A DNA stretch of 64,000 bases from Candidatus Spongiisociaceae bacterium (GCA_965202665.1 OZ241841.1:96001-160000); one strand, 5' to 3'; positions 27,802-37,547 are shown, numbered from the stretch's first letter. Translations and numbers: made by a program. Notes: generated from the sequence alone by a model not told the origin.

Positions 27802-28080
27802 ATGTTTCCCATGAAGTACGGATACGTTCTGGAACCGGGCCAGCGGGGGCGGTGGTTCGCTTACGTGCCGGATCTTCCCGGATGCACCGCCGCCGGCAAG
27901 ACGGTGGAGAAGGCCGTCCGCAACATTGCCGGAGCGGTCCAGGTCTACATCGAGGCTCTGCGAGAAACCGGAGAACCGGTCCCGTCGCCCAGCCCGATGA
28001 TCGAGGCCTACCCGGAAACGGAACCCGGTTATCGGGTAGTCCAACCCGGGGATGCGACGTATCCTCCGTCTACTGGTTAA
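27802..28080 (+). CDS. hicB: HicB-family antitoxin (no adjacent hicA)
   Basis: WFAYVPDLPGCTAAGKTVEKAVRNI..A...YIE.L...GEPVP. Confidence 0.88.
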   Translation: MFPMKYGYVLEPGQRGRWFAYVPDLPGCTAAGKTVEKAVRNIAGAVQVYIEALRETGEPVPSPSPMIEAYPETEPGYRVVQPGDATYPPSTG

Positions 28081-28231
28081 TCGGGTCTTTGCGTTTTGTG
28101 GTGGGGATAGGGGCTGTTGAGGGCGGTCGGTTTGCCCGGTGTGCGGGGCGGGTTGCCAGCGGGTACGGGGATATCGGCCGTAACGGGTACGGGATCTTCC
28201 GACCCGAGAACGGGAGACTGTGCTGACTAGG

Positions 28232-28605
28232 TGTACAAGGCCGGTAGGTTGGTTACAGTCTGGAGGTTGGTGGTTTGCCTCCGAGGCTGTAGTGGGGCCG
28301 GTAGTTGTGGTAGTAGTGGAGCCAGTGGCGGAGGGCTTGGTTTCGGGTTTGGTTGTCGGGCCAGGGTTGGGAGTTGGCCCATTTGGGTTTGAGGGTTTGG
28401 TTGTATCGTTCCACTTTGCCGTTCTGCTGGGGATGATACGGTTTGATCGTGATATGACGGATGCCGTGTTGGGCGAGCAGGGAAGCGAACGCTCGGCTGC
28501 GGGTGTAGCTGCGGTGGTTATTGGTCATGATCTCCGCGATGTGGGTGACGCCCAGTTGGTGGAAGTGGTGTATGGCGCGGGCGGTGAACGTCCTGGCCAA
28601 GTACA
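28232..28605 (-). mobile_element. Internally deleted IS481-family element (374 bp) with both ends intact
   Basis: TGT...ACA ends; imperfect inverted repeats TGTACAAGGCCGGTAGGTT / TGTACTTGGCCAGGACGTT; flanks ACTAGG and GCTAGG (IS481 targets NCTAGN); encodes only the transposase C-terminus (PYHPQQNGKVERYNQTL, RPHYSLGG). Confidence 0.85.
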
Positions 28606-28781
28606 GCTAGGGTGCGACGGGGTGCCTGTTCCTGTCCAGGCAGGCCACGGCGGCCTGTCAGCTCTTGTCCTGATCTGGTCTGCGGCAAGAACCTGCCTGC
28701 GGACCATCCAGGCCTGTCTGGTGGCCTGTTCTGCCATCAGGAACGGCCCCTGCTCTCCCTGGTCTGGTTCGGGGTCAGGGG

Positions 28782-28970
28782 TCAGGACTGCCTTTTTGTG
28801 ATTTCCAGGCTTGCCTGACCACTGGTCATCCTGCTGGATTTCCGTCTGCTGACCCCTAATGTTTCCAGCAGTGCTATCTGCTTGTCTGTAGCAGGCAGGT
28901 TCATCCTGGTTTTGGCCTGCCTGCCGTGGATAGCCTTGTACACTTTCTTGACCTGCCTTTTTTTGCCCAT
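28782..28970 (-). CDS. Small basic hypothetical protein in CpG-depleted DNA
   Basis: MGKKRQVKKVYK...PATDKQIALLETLGV...MTSGQASLEI; arginines mostly encoded by AGG/AGA, unlike host genes. Confidence 0.45.
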   Translation of the reverse strand: MGKKRQVKKVYKAIHGRQAKTRMNLPATDKQIALLETLGVSRRKSSRMTSGQASLEITKRQS

Positions 28971-29220
28971 GTCTGTGTCCTGTCCTGTCTGCTCTGCTCT
29001 AATGGTTATGGAATGTCCAGAGCAAGGCACAATACCCTGCCTGGACACAGAGGGGGCAGAACCAGGGATGGTCTGCCCGTTTCCAGGATAGCGAGTTCCA
29101 GATATTCCATTATTACAACCCGCAATGATGGACGGCAGGTTTCTGCCATCGTTCCAGACAGGCCTGAAATGTTCTGCCTGGAAATCCTGATATGTCAGAG
29201 CAGACAGGTTCTACTACCGA

Positions 29221-29994
29221 TTAATCCATCGCTATCGTTCCTCGGAACGCTGTTCGGGCGGGGCCGGTTAACCAGGCCCGTCCCTCTATTAGTTCCACCC
29301 GCAACGGGCCGCCCGGCAGTCGCACCGTGGCCATCGGATCGGCCAGTCCGCGGCTGACGGCGACGGCTACCGCGGCGGCGGCTCCGGTGCCGCACGCCCG
29401 GGTCTCCCCCGCTCCCCGCTCCCACACCCGCAACCGCAGTCCCGCGCCGTCCGGGTCGGGGGCTGCGAACCCGACGTTGACCCGGTCGGGGAAAGCCGGG
29501 TGGGTTTCCACCCGGGGGCCCACCTCCCCCACCGGGGCCCGTTCCGGGTCGTCCACCAGGGTCACCGCATGCGGGTTGCCCACCGACGCCAAAATGAACT
29601 CCCGCCCGTCGATGGTGATTTCGCCTTCCACCGCATACTCCCCCAACTCCACCCGGCACACCTCCGGACGTTCCGGGTCCGGGATTTGCGCCCGCCGCTC
29701 CCCCATCGGGGTTTCCACGATGAAATCGGCGCCCCCGGTCCATCCCCGCTGGTAGCCGTAGCGGGCTACGCAACGCAGGCCGTTGCCGCACATCTCGGCC
29801 GGCGACCCGTCGGCGTTCCAGTAGTCCATGCGCAGGGCGGCCGGCGGGCGGGAGGCGGGCCCCGCCAGCAGCACCCCGTCCGCCCCCACCCCGGTGCGGC
29901 GGTCGCACAGGCGGCGGATGGTCTCCCGGTCGGGGGGTTCCCCTTCCAGCACCACGAAATCGTTGCCGAGTCCCTCCATCTTCAGGAAATCCAC
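29221..29994 (-). CDS. dapF: Diaminopimelate epimerase
   Basis: KMEGLGNDF, NADGSPAEMCGNG, SVGNPH, VWERGAGETRACGTG. Confidence 0.96.
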   Translation of the reverse strand: MDFLKMEGLGNDFVVLEGEPPDRETIRRLCDRRTGVGADGVLLAGPASRPPAALRMDYWNADGSPAEMCGNGLRCVARYGYQRGWTGGADFIVETPMGERRAQIPDPERPEVCRVELGEYAVEGEITIDGREFILASVGNPHAVTLVDDPERAPVGEVGPRVETHPAFPDRVNVGFAAPDPDGAGLRLRVWERGAGETRACGTGAAAAVAVAVSRGLADPMATVRLPGGPLRVELIEGRAWLTGPARTAFRGTIAMD

Positions 29995-30896
29995 TGCGCC
30001 TCCGTTTCTTCTATCAACCGGCGGACGGACCGGCACATTCCGCCGACATCCTCCTCCCAGGGAAGCCATCGGATGCGGGGGTCGCGGCGGAAGAAGGTGC
30101 GCTGGCGGCGAGCCAAACCCATTGTGGCCGAAAGGGCCCGCTGTTGCCCTTCCCGTAACGGGATTTCCCCCCGCACCACCGGCAGGAGTTGTTTGTAGCC
30201 GACCGCCTGGGAGGCGTTGCGGCCCATCTTTCCGTCCAGGCCGGCCACTTCCTCCAGCAGTCCGGCCCGCAACATCCGCTCCAAGCGGGACTCCGCCCGC
30301 CCGGCCAGGGCCGGGCCGGGATCCAACCCCAGGGTCAGCAACGGGGCTCCACCCTGATAGTCCCGCACCTGCCGGGCGCTTTTCAGCCGGACGCGGCGGG
30401 AAGGAGGCGGGCCGCCCATTTTGACCACCTCCAAAGCGCGGCGCACCCGGCGGGGATTGGCCATGTCCAGATGCCGGGGCGCCTCCGGGTCGGCGGCCAG
30501 CAGTTCGGCCCGCGCCCGGTCGTCGGACAGTTCGTCCACCCGCCGTCTGATCTCCGGGTCGCCGGGGGGGAATTCCAGCGGGTCCGCCAAAGCCCGGAAG
30601 TAAAGCCCCGACCCCCCGGCCAAAATGAGACGCGCCCCCCGGCGTTGCGCATCCGCCATCACCCGCCTTCCCGCGGCTTGAAATTCGGCGACCGTGTAAT
30701 CCGTCTCCGGGGAGGCCAAATCCAGCAAATGATGGGGGATGCGGGCTTGATCGGCGGGGGCGGGTTTGGCGGTGCCGATGTCCATCCCCCGGTACACCTG
30801 CATGGAATCAACCGAGGCTATTTCCGCCCCGTATGCCTCCGCCAAACAGAGGGCCAGGTCGCTTTTGCCGGAGGCGGTGAGGCCGAGCAGGGCCAC
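29982..30896 (-). CDS. miaA: tRNA dimethylallyltransferase
   Basis: GLTASGKS, DSMQVYRGMDIGTAKP, GGSGLY, QAVGYKQ; start approximate (GTG 30896). Confidence 0.95.
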   Translation of the reverse strand: MALLGLTASGKSDLALCLAEAYGAEIASVDSMQVYRGMDIGTAKPAPADQARIPHHLLDLASPETDYTVAEFQAAGRRVMADAQRRGARLILAGGSGLYFRALADPLEFPPGDPEIRRRVDELSDDRARAELLAADPEAPRHLDMANPRRVRRALEVVKMGGPPPSRRVRLKSARQVRDYQGGAPLLTLGLDPGPALAGRAESRLERMLRAGLLEEVAGLDGKMGRNASQAVGYKQLLPVVRGEIPLREGQQRALSATMGLARRQRTFFRRDPRIRWLPWEEDVGGMCRSVRRLIEETEAQWIS

Positions 30897-30904
30897 TGCC
30901 GGAA

Positions 30905-32311
30905 TCAGACGGGAATCCCCATCAGGTAATGCCGGGCGGCCCCCACGATGTCCACTTCCAGCAACGTGCCGGGAGGGTACCGGCCCGGCACATGGGTGAC
31001 CGTGTTGCCCCGGGTGCGGGTGGCGGCCGTGTCCGGGTCTTTGCGGGAGGGGCCTTCCGCCATCACCTCCAAGCGGCTTCCCACCCGGCGGCGGTTGTTC
31101 TCCTCCCCGATGGCGGCCTGCATTTCGGTGAGGCGGGCGAACCGCTCTTTGGCCGCGGCGGACGGGACGAACCGGTCGCCCATCTGCGCCGCCCGGGTGC
31201 CGGGGCGGGCCGAAAACAGGAACATGTAGGCGTGGTCGAAGCGGGCGGTTTCCACTACGCGCAGGGTGCGTTGAAAGTCCTCCTCCGTTTCGCCCGGGAA
31301 GCCGACGATGATGTCGGTGGAAACCGTCAGGCCGTCCACCGCCTCCCGGGCCATCTCCAGCCGTTTCAGGAACTTGTCGGCCGTGTATCCGCGGTGCATG
31401 GCGGCCAGGATGCGGTCCGAACCGGACTGGAGCGGGAAATGGAGCTGCTCGCACACCGCCGGGGTTTCGGCCATCGCCTCCGCCACCTCCGGGCGGAAGT
31501 CGTTGGGGTGGGGGCTGGTGAAGCGGATGCGTTTGATGCCCTCCACTTCCCCCACCCGGCGCAACAGGTCGGCGAAGATGGGGCGGCGGCGCCCGTCGAT
31601 GGCCAGGTCCCGCCCGTAAGTGTTGACGTTTTGGCCGAGCAACGTCACCTCCGCCGTCCCGTCCGCGGCCAGTTGTTCCACCTCCCGGATTACGTCCCCC
31701 GGACGGCGGCTGATTTCCGGCCCCCGCACCGCGGGCACGATGCAGAAGGTGCATGTGTTGTTGCATCCGACCTGGATGGTCACCCAGGCGGAATGGGCGG
31801 ATTCCCGGCGGACGGGCAGGTCGGAGGGCATGGCGGCCAGCTGGTCGGCGATTTCGGTTACCGGCCCCCATTCTTCGGCCTGGTCCAGCAGGTGCAGCAC
31901 CCGGTCCAGGTTGTGGGTGCCCAGCACCACGTCCACCCACGGGGCCCGCTCCCGCACCAGCTCCCGGTCTTTTTGGGCGGCGCACCCGCCCACGATCAGC
32001 ATCCGGCCCGGGTCGGCCTCTTTCAAAGGCTTCAGTTGGCCCAGGTTGCCGTACAGCCGGTTGTCGGCGTTTTCCCGGATGGTGCAGGTGTTGATGAAAA
32101 TCACATCCGCCGTTTCCATCCGGTCGGCGGGGGTCATGCCGTCCGATTCGAACAGGCCCGCCACCCGTTCGCTGTCATGCTCGTTCATCTGGCAGCCGAA
32201 GGTGCGCAGGAAGTAGCGGCGCCCGGTGCGGGTGGGCGGGCGGGATTCGGCCCGTTCCGCGGCGGCGGGGGCCGGTCGGCGGCGGGGTTCGTCTAGAAAA
32301 ACGGTGGTCAT
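30905..32311 (-). CDS. miaB: tRNA 2-methylthio-N6-isopentenyladenosine synthase MiaB
   Basis: TFGCQMNEHDSE, GCNNTCTFC, FTSPHP, TRAM domain. Confidence 0.97.
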   Translation of the reverse strand: MTTVFLDEPRRRPAPAAAERAESRPPTRTGRRYFLRTFGCQMNEHDSERVAGLFESDGMTPADRMETADVIFINTCTIRENADNRLYGNLGQLKPLKEADPGRMLIVGGCAAQKDRELVRERAPWVDVVLGTHNLDRVLHLLDQAEEWGPVTEIADQLAAMPSDLPVRRESAHSAWVTIQVGCNNTCTFCIVPAVRGPEISRRPGDVIREVEQLAADGTAEVTLLGQNVNTYGRDLAIDGRRRPIFADLLRRVGEVEGIKRIRFTSPHPNDFRPEVAEAMAETPAVCEQLHFPLQSGSDRILAAMHRGYTADKFLKRLEMAREAVDGLTVSTDIIVGFPGETEEDFQRTLRVVETARFDHAYMFLFSARPGTRAAQMGDRFVPSAAAKERFARLTEMQAAIGEENNRRRVGSRLEVMAEGPSRKDPDTAATRTRGNTVTHVPGRYPPGTLLEVDIVGAARHYLMGIPV

Positions 32312-32327
32312 CGGCGGCGTTTCCTCG

Positions 32328-33857
32328 CTAACGGGCGTAGTCGGTGACACGCACTTCCCGAATCACCGTCACCTGAATGTGATTGGAGTAGCGCAGGTCG
32401 TTTTCCATGCGGCGGGCCACCGAATGGGCCAGGTGGGCGGCGGCCAAGTCGTCCACCTCCCCCGGGTCCACCACTATCCTAACCTCCCGGCCGGCCTGCA
32501 TGGCGTACACTTGCTCCACCCCGCTGAACTCCCGCACCAGCGACTCTATTCTTTCCAGGCGGCGCATATAGGATTGCGCGGTGTTGTTGCGGGCCCCCGG
32601 ACGGGATGCGGACACGGTGTCGGCCGTCTGTACGATGATGGACAGCAAAGTTCGGGGCTCCACTTCGTTGTGGTGGGCTTCTATCCCGTGCACCACCGCC
32701 GGGTCCTCCCCGAAGCGGCGGGCTATCTCGGCTCCGATCAGCGCGTGGGAACCCTGCACTTCGTGGGTGACCGCCTTGCCGATGTCGTGCAAGAAGGCGG
32801 ACCTTTTCACATCGGCCGGGTCGATGCCCAGTTCGGCGGCCAGCATTCCGGCCAGGTGGGCGGATTCGATCAGATGGTTGAGCACGTTCTGCCCGTACGA
32901 GGTGCGGTATTTGAGGCGGCCCAGCAGGGTGATCAGTTCGGGGTGTATTTGGGAGGCCCCCGCTTCCAGCACCGCCCACTCCCCGGCGTCCCGCACCGAC
33001 TGCTCCACTTCCGTCTGGGCTTTCTCGTAGGACTCTTCGATGGAGGCGGGGTGGATTCGCCCGTCGGCCACCAGGTTCTCCAAAGCGAGGCGGGCGATTT
33101 CCCGGCGGACGGGATCGAAGGAGCTGACCATCACCATTTCCGGCGTGTCGTCCACCACCAAGTTGACCCCGGTTACCGACTCGAACGCCCGGATGTTGCG
33201 GCCTTCCCGGCCAATGATGCGGCCTTTCAGTTCATCGTTGGGCAAGGACACGGCGGAAACGGTGGTTTCGGCGGTGACCGGGGCGGCCAAGCGTTCGATG
33301 GCGGTGGTGAGTATGCGACGGGCCCGGCGGTCGGCTTCCTCCCGCACCCGCAGTTCGGTTTCCCGGACCATCAACATCCCCTCCCGGCGGGTTTCTTCCT
33401 TGATTTGCTTGAGCAGTTCCTCTTTGGCGGCGGCGGCGTCCATGAGGGAAATCCGCTCCAGGCGGGCCCGGGCGTCGTGGCCTATCCGTTCCGCTTCCGA
33501 ACGCAGGTCGTTCGCTTCGGCTTCCCGGCGGGCCGCCATCTGCTCCCGCAAAGCCAGGTTGGAGGCCCGTTGCTCCAGGGTCTGCTCCCGTTGCGCCAAC
33601 CGGTCCTCGGAGGACGCCAACTCCATCCGCCGCTGATCCATCTCCGTCTGTCCCCGCTCCAGGTACTCGTCCACCCGGGCCCGCCCCTCGTCCTCGGCGC
33701 GGTCCATCAAACGTTGCGCCCGCCGCCGGGCCGCCGCCCCCGGATCCTCCAGCACGTTCCTCCGCACGCGCCGCGCCGCCGCCAGCGCCCAAAGCGACAA
33801 CCCCAGTATCGCCCCGCACGCCCCGACCGCAATCACCGACGTAAGACTGACTTCCAT
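32328..33857 (-). CDS. rny: Ribonuclease Y
   Basis: N-terminal TM, coiled coil, KH domain (KGRIIGREGRNIR), HD domain (LHDIGKA), SRPGAR. Confidence 0.97.
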   Translation of the reverse strand: MEVSLTSVIAVGACGAILGLSLWALAAARRVRRNVLEDPGAAARRRAQRLMDRAEDEGRARVDEYLERGQTEMDQRRMELASSEDRLAQREQTLEQRASNLALREQMAARREAEANDLRSEAERIGHDARARLERISLMDAAAAKEELLKQIKEETRREGMLMVRETELRVREEADRRARRILTTAIERLAAPVTAETTVSAVSLPNDELKGRIIGREGRNIRAFESVTGVNLVVDDTPEMVMVSSFDPVRREIARLALENLVADGRIHPASIEESYEKAQTEVEQSVRDAGEWAVLEAGASQIHPELITLLGRLKYRTSYGQNVLNHLIESAHLAGMLAAELGIDPADVKRSAFLHDIGKAVTHEVQGSHALIGAEIARRFGEDPAVVHGIEAHHNEVEPRTLLSIIVQTADTVSASRPGARNNTAQSYMRRLERIESLVREFSGVEQVYAMQAGREVRIVVDPGEVDDLAAAHLAHSVARRMENDLRYSNHIQVTVIREVRVTDYAR

Positions 33858-33964
33858 TACCTTCCCAAGTTTGGTCACCGCCCCGGCCCTCCGACCAAAG
33901 CACCCCCATCCTAACAAAACCCATTACCAAATTGAAACCGCCTTAGGATAAGGAAAGGAACCAG

Positions 33965-34993
33965 CTAATCCTCCGACCAGGAGAAAGGCAAAGAAGGAGA
34001 CATTTCCGTTACGTTACCAAAACATAGTCCACTCTCAATCTGCGGAGGTGGACTTCTATCAAAAAGTTCGTATCTTACGGTAGGGTGGGGAGGTTTTATG
34101 TCAGGGATGCCTATACCTTCCAAAGTATCCTGGCCTTTATTTGCCTGACGTATTATGTTAGCTTTAGCCTGCATCATAGGAATAATATTCCTAGAATAAG
34201 ATTCATATATGTATTCCATAATAAGATCACCGACGGGGTGGTCTGTTGCAAAAATTAATGTATAAATTGGTATATTGTTATCTCTTATCCCTAGCGCATG
34301 TGTTTTCTTATATTGCAATATTGTCTCTAGCCTTTTTCGATATAATTTGATCAATTCTTTTCTCATATTACTTGCATCCAAAAGGCCACTACGACGACGC
34401 TGATATATTGAAACCCAGTCCTCTGTCCCGTATACGCTATTTACTAAATCAATACTACTCTTTCCTTTCGCAACTTCAGCACCTATAACACGAAGCAGTG
34501 CTGGTTCAGGAAATAGTATGAATAACTCAATTTTAGGCTTACCTCTATCTTTCCATTTAGCTAATTTCTCCAAAGTTGCCCATTTAACTTGAAGTCCACA
34601 AGGATCAAGAAAAGCAATTGTAGGTGCTGATCTGTTCTTTATATACTCTAAACCCATATCAATTGTATTATTACAGTCTCCAGGCAACACCTTCCAATCG
34701 CGAACATTGTGAGATACGCTCGTCTGAATTGATGATCTCAGGACTTCCGCTTTATCTCGCTTTTCGAATAATGCTACACGCGTGAAAGTCGGCTCGACAT
34801 TAAAAGCGATCTGCGGCGAGCCGGGGAAGTATCCTTCCTCGTCACGCCTTTTATTACGATATGACCCAGCAAACAGATCAAGATATATCCTATCGCGGGC
34901 ACTTTTGCTAGCAATTGCAAATGGCCTTAGGTAATCCCATAGAATATCTATCTTGGTCTCTGACCACCAAGACCAATCTCTTTGCTCTGGCAT
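33965..34993 (-). CDS. tcmP: Three-Cys-motif partner protein (TcmP family, SAM-methyltransferase-like fold)
   Basis: WSETKIDIL..YL, YLDLFAGS, GSPQIA, GDCN, AFLDP.G.QV.W..L, YTLIFAT; AT-rich; adjacent to DUF5131. Confidence 0.85.
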   Translation of the reverse strand: MPEQRDWSWWSETKIDILWDYLRPFAIASKSARDRIYLDLFAGSYRNKRRDEEGYFPGSPQIAFNVEPTFTRVALFEKRDKAEVLRSSIQTSVSHNVRDWKVLPGDCNNTIDMGLEYIKNRSAPTIAFLDPCGLQVKWATLEKLAKWKDRGKPKIELFILFPEPALLRVIGAEVAKGKSSIDLVNSVYGTEDWVSIYQRRRSGLLDASNMRKELIKLYRKRLETILQYKKTHALGIRDNNIPIYTLIFATDHPVGDLIMEYIYESYSRNIIPMMQAKANIIRQANKGQDTLEGIGIPDIKPPHPTVRYELFDRSPPPQIESGLCFGNVTEMSPSLPFSWSED

Positions 34994-34999
34994 ATATCG

Positions 35000-35746
35000 T
35001 CACAACTTCCTTGCCGGTGGCATTTCGTTGTGGGTTTGGCCTTGGAGGGTGCGGCCGCCGGATTTGGGGGTGCGGCCGCCCCATTGTTTAAAGAAAAAGG
35101 GGACTTGGGCGGTATCGCACTGGTCGCGTAGGTCAGTAGCCCACTCTCCTTGCATGGGGCGGGCGCCGGGGCCGCTCTCCCCGCCTACGATCATCCAGTG
35201 GATGCCGTCTAGGTCAAGATTGGGTAGCGGTCCCAGCAACGGTTCGGCGCTTATGAACCTTACGGCCGCGTCCACTGTCCGCAGGTGGTCGATTCTGAAT
35301 TTGTAGCGGGCGGTTTCCACGCTCACGCCCATCCACAGGTTGGGCGGCCACGCCAGTTTCTGACCGAACCGGGCCAGGCGTTGGGAACGTTTGGTTAGCA
35401 ACTGGTACTGATGTTGCGGCGTGTCGGCTATCACCTCGAACACCCGGCGTATGTAATCGTCGGGCACGTCCTTGTGGAACAGATCGCTCATGGAGTCCAC
35501 GAAGATGGTGCGGGGCTTGCGCCAGGAACGGGGAATATCCAATGCGTCGGGATGCAATGTCATTCCAAAACCGGGTCCGCTGGTGCGGGGGTCGCCGTCG
35601 TTACGATACTTTGCCACCCCCATCGCTTGCAATCGCTTGGCCAATGTGAGGGCGTAGCAGTTGTCGCATCCCGGCGAGGTGCGGTCGCAACCGGTGGTCG
35701 GATTCCACGTTGCTTCCGTCCATTCTATGGCGCTCCTGTCAGACAT
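35000..35746 (-). CDS. DUF5131 / phage Gp37-Gp68 family radical-SAM-like protein
   Basis: IEWTEATWNPTTGCDRTSPGCDNCYA (Cx6Cx2C), FVDSMSDLFH, LLTKR, SAEPLLG, VGGESG, FFFKQWGG. Confidence 0.93.
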   Translation of the reverse strand: MSDRSAIEWTEATWNPTTGCDRTSPGCDNCYALTLAKRLQAMGVAKYRNDGDPRTSGPGFGMTLHPDALDIPRSWRKPRTIFVDSMSDLFHKDVPDDYIRRVFEVIADTPQHQYQLLTKRSQRLARFGQKLAWPPNLWMGVSVETARYKFRIDHLRTVDAAVRFISAEPLLGPLPNLDLDGIHWMIVGGESGPGARPMQGEWATDLRDQCDTAQVPFFFKQWGGRTPKSGGRTLQGQTHNEMPPARKL

Positions 35747-36413
35747 TTTTCCCACTCCGCGCCCGCCCGCCATTAACTTCCAGGCCCCAGGCGCGCCAGC
35801 CTTCGACCTGTTGCCGGGCGAACAGCTCGATCTTCTTCTGTGCGGGAAACATTTGTTCGATGCGTTTGCGCACCTCGGCGGGTTTCTCCGAATGGGCGCC
35901 CCGTTTGTATCTCAAAAACTGGCGCACGTTGCGCGCCCCGCGCGGACTGGGAATTTTGCCGCGTTTGAAAACCAGGCACATCTCGCACTGGCTCATCGTG
36001 TAGAAGCCGGGGTTCACCCGTATCTTGTCCCACACGAATGCCACCGTCGCCCACGCAAAGCCCCATGTTTTGCCCAGGTCTATAGCCTGATCCAGGTGCG
36101 GGTTGGTGGCCCACATGAACAGCAGGCAGTCGTCCGCCGCGATGTCGGGCACGGCTAGGCCCTTCAAGTGGTCCAGCGTAACGGTCGGGTAGTGCCGCAT
36201 CGCTCCGCCCGTGTCCCGGTTGCCCGCTCCGGCATGTTGCAGTTGCCCTTTGTAATCCCAAGGCGGGTCGGCGTAGATGATGTCAAACTGGTCTTGCGGG
36301 AGAGCGGGGAAGCCGCCGGTGTCTCCGTTCCATATCTGGTCGAACTCGGCGCGGGTCAGTTGCCCGGGCTCCGCCTCCGTCGGCTGCAACGCCCCTTTAC
36401 CCGTGATGGTCAT
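35739..36413 (-). CDS. MT-A70 family amino-methyltransferase
   Basis: IIYADPPW, HYPTV, LFMWATNPHL, FVWDK, HSEKP, KIELFAR, WGLE. Confidence 0.92.
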   Translation of the reverse strand: MTITGKGALQPTEAEPGQLTRAEFDQIWNGDTGGFPALPQDQFDIIYADPPWDYKGQLQHAGAGNRDTGGAMRHYPTVTLDHLKGLAVPDIAADDCLLFMWATNPHLDQAIDLGKTWGFAWATVAFVWDKIRVNPGFYTMSQCEMCLVFKRGKIPSPRGARNVRQFLRYKRGAHSEKPAEVRKRIEQMFPAQKKIELFARQQVEGWRAWGLEVNGGRARSGKNV

Positions 36414-36500
36414 TTTGTCCCTCCGCTTTCGTCCGGGGCGCATCCGGCGTCGCCCCGGACGAAAGTCAGCATATATCCTCGGCTTGCCGCCAACCGGGGG

Positions 36501-37547
36501 TCAGGCGGGGGTTGGGGCGGGAGCTTCGGTTTGGGTTTGGTCTGTTTCGGGGGCGGGTTCGGGCGGGGGGTTGACCGAAGCCAGGACTTGGGCTTGGAGT
36601 TGCATGGCCACCTCCGGGTTCTCCCGCAGGAAAGCCTTGGCCTTCTCCCGGCCCTGACCCAACTGGTCGCCGTCGAAGGTGTACCAGGCGCCGCTTTTCT
36701 TCACGATGCCCTCCGCCACCGCCACATCCAGCAGGCTCCCCTCCCAGGAAATGCCTTTCCCGAACATGATGTCGAACTCAGCCACCCGAAACGGAGGGGC
36801 CACCTTGTTTTTCACCACCCGCGCCCGCACCCGGTTGCCGATCTGAACGCCCCCGTCCTTGATCGCCTCAATCCGCCGCACGTCGATCCGCACGCTGGAA
36901 TAAAACTTCAACGCCCGCCCACCCGGCGTCACCTCCGGCGATCCGTACACCACCCCAATCTTCTCCCTAAGCTGATTGATAAACACCGCCGTGGTGGACG
37001 ACCGGTTTATTCCCGCCGTCAACTTCCGCAACGCCTGCGACATCAACCGAGCCTGCAAACCCACATGGGTGTCGCCCATCTCCCCCTCAATCTCCGCCCG
37101 CGGCACCAACGCCGCCACCGAATCCACCACCACCACATCCAAGGCGTTGGAGCGCACCAGAATATCGGCTATCTCCAAAGCCTGCTCCCCGGTGTCCGGT
37201 TGCGACAGCAGCAGCTCGTCGGTGTCCACCCCCAATGCCTGCGCGTACACCGGATCCAACGCGTGTTCGGCGTCCACGAAAGCCGCCAACCCCCCGTTGC
37301 GTTGCGCCTCCGCCACCACATGCAAAGCCAACGTGGTCTTCCCGCTCGACTCAGGGCCGTACACCTCCACCACCCGCCCCCGGGGCACCCCCCCGATGCC
37401 CAAGGCGATATCCAAGGCCAAAGCCCCGGTGGAGATGTGCTCCACCCTCAAGTGGGTCCCCTCGCCCAACTTCATGATCGCCCCCTTGCCGAACTGCCGC
37501 TCAATCTGCGACATCGCCCCATCCAAAGCCTGACTCTTTTCCTTCAT
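36501..37547 (-). CDS. recA: Recombinase RecA
   Basis: [46 protein letters not shown]. Confidence 0.99.
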   Translation of the reverse strand: MKEKSQALDGAMSQIERQFGKGAIMKLGEGTHLRVEHISTGALALDIALGIGGVPRGRVVEVYGPESSGKTTLALHVVAEAQRNGGLAAFVDAEHALDPVYAQALGVDTDELLLSQPDTGEQALEIADILVRSNALDVVVVDSVAALVPRAEIEGEMGDTHVGLQARLMSQALRKLTAGINRSSTTAVFINQLREKIGVVYGSPEVTPGGRALKFYSSVRIDVRRIEAIKDGGVQIGNRVRARVVKNKVAPPFRVAEFDIMFGKGISWEGSLLDVAVAEGIVKKSGAWYTFDGDQLGQGREKAKAFLRENPEVAMQLQAQVLASVNPPPEPAPETDQTQTEAPAPTPA

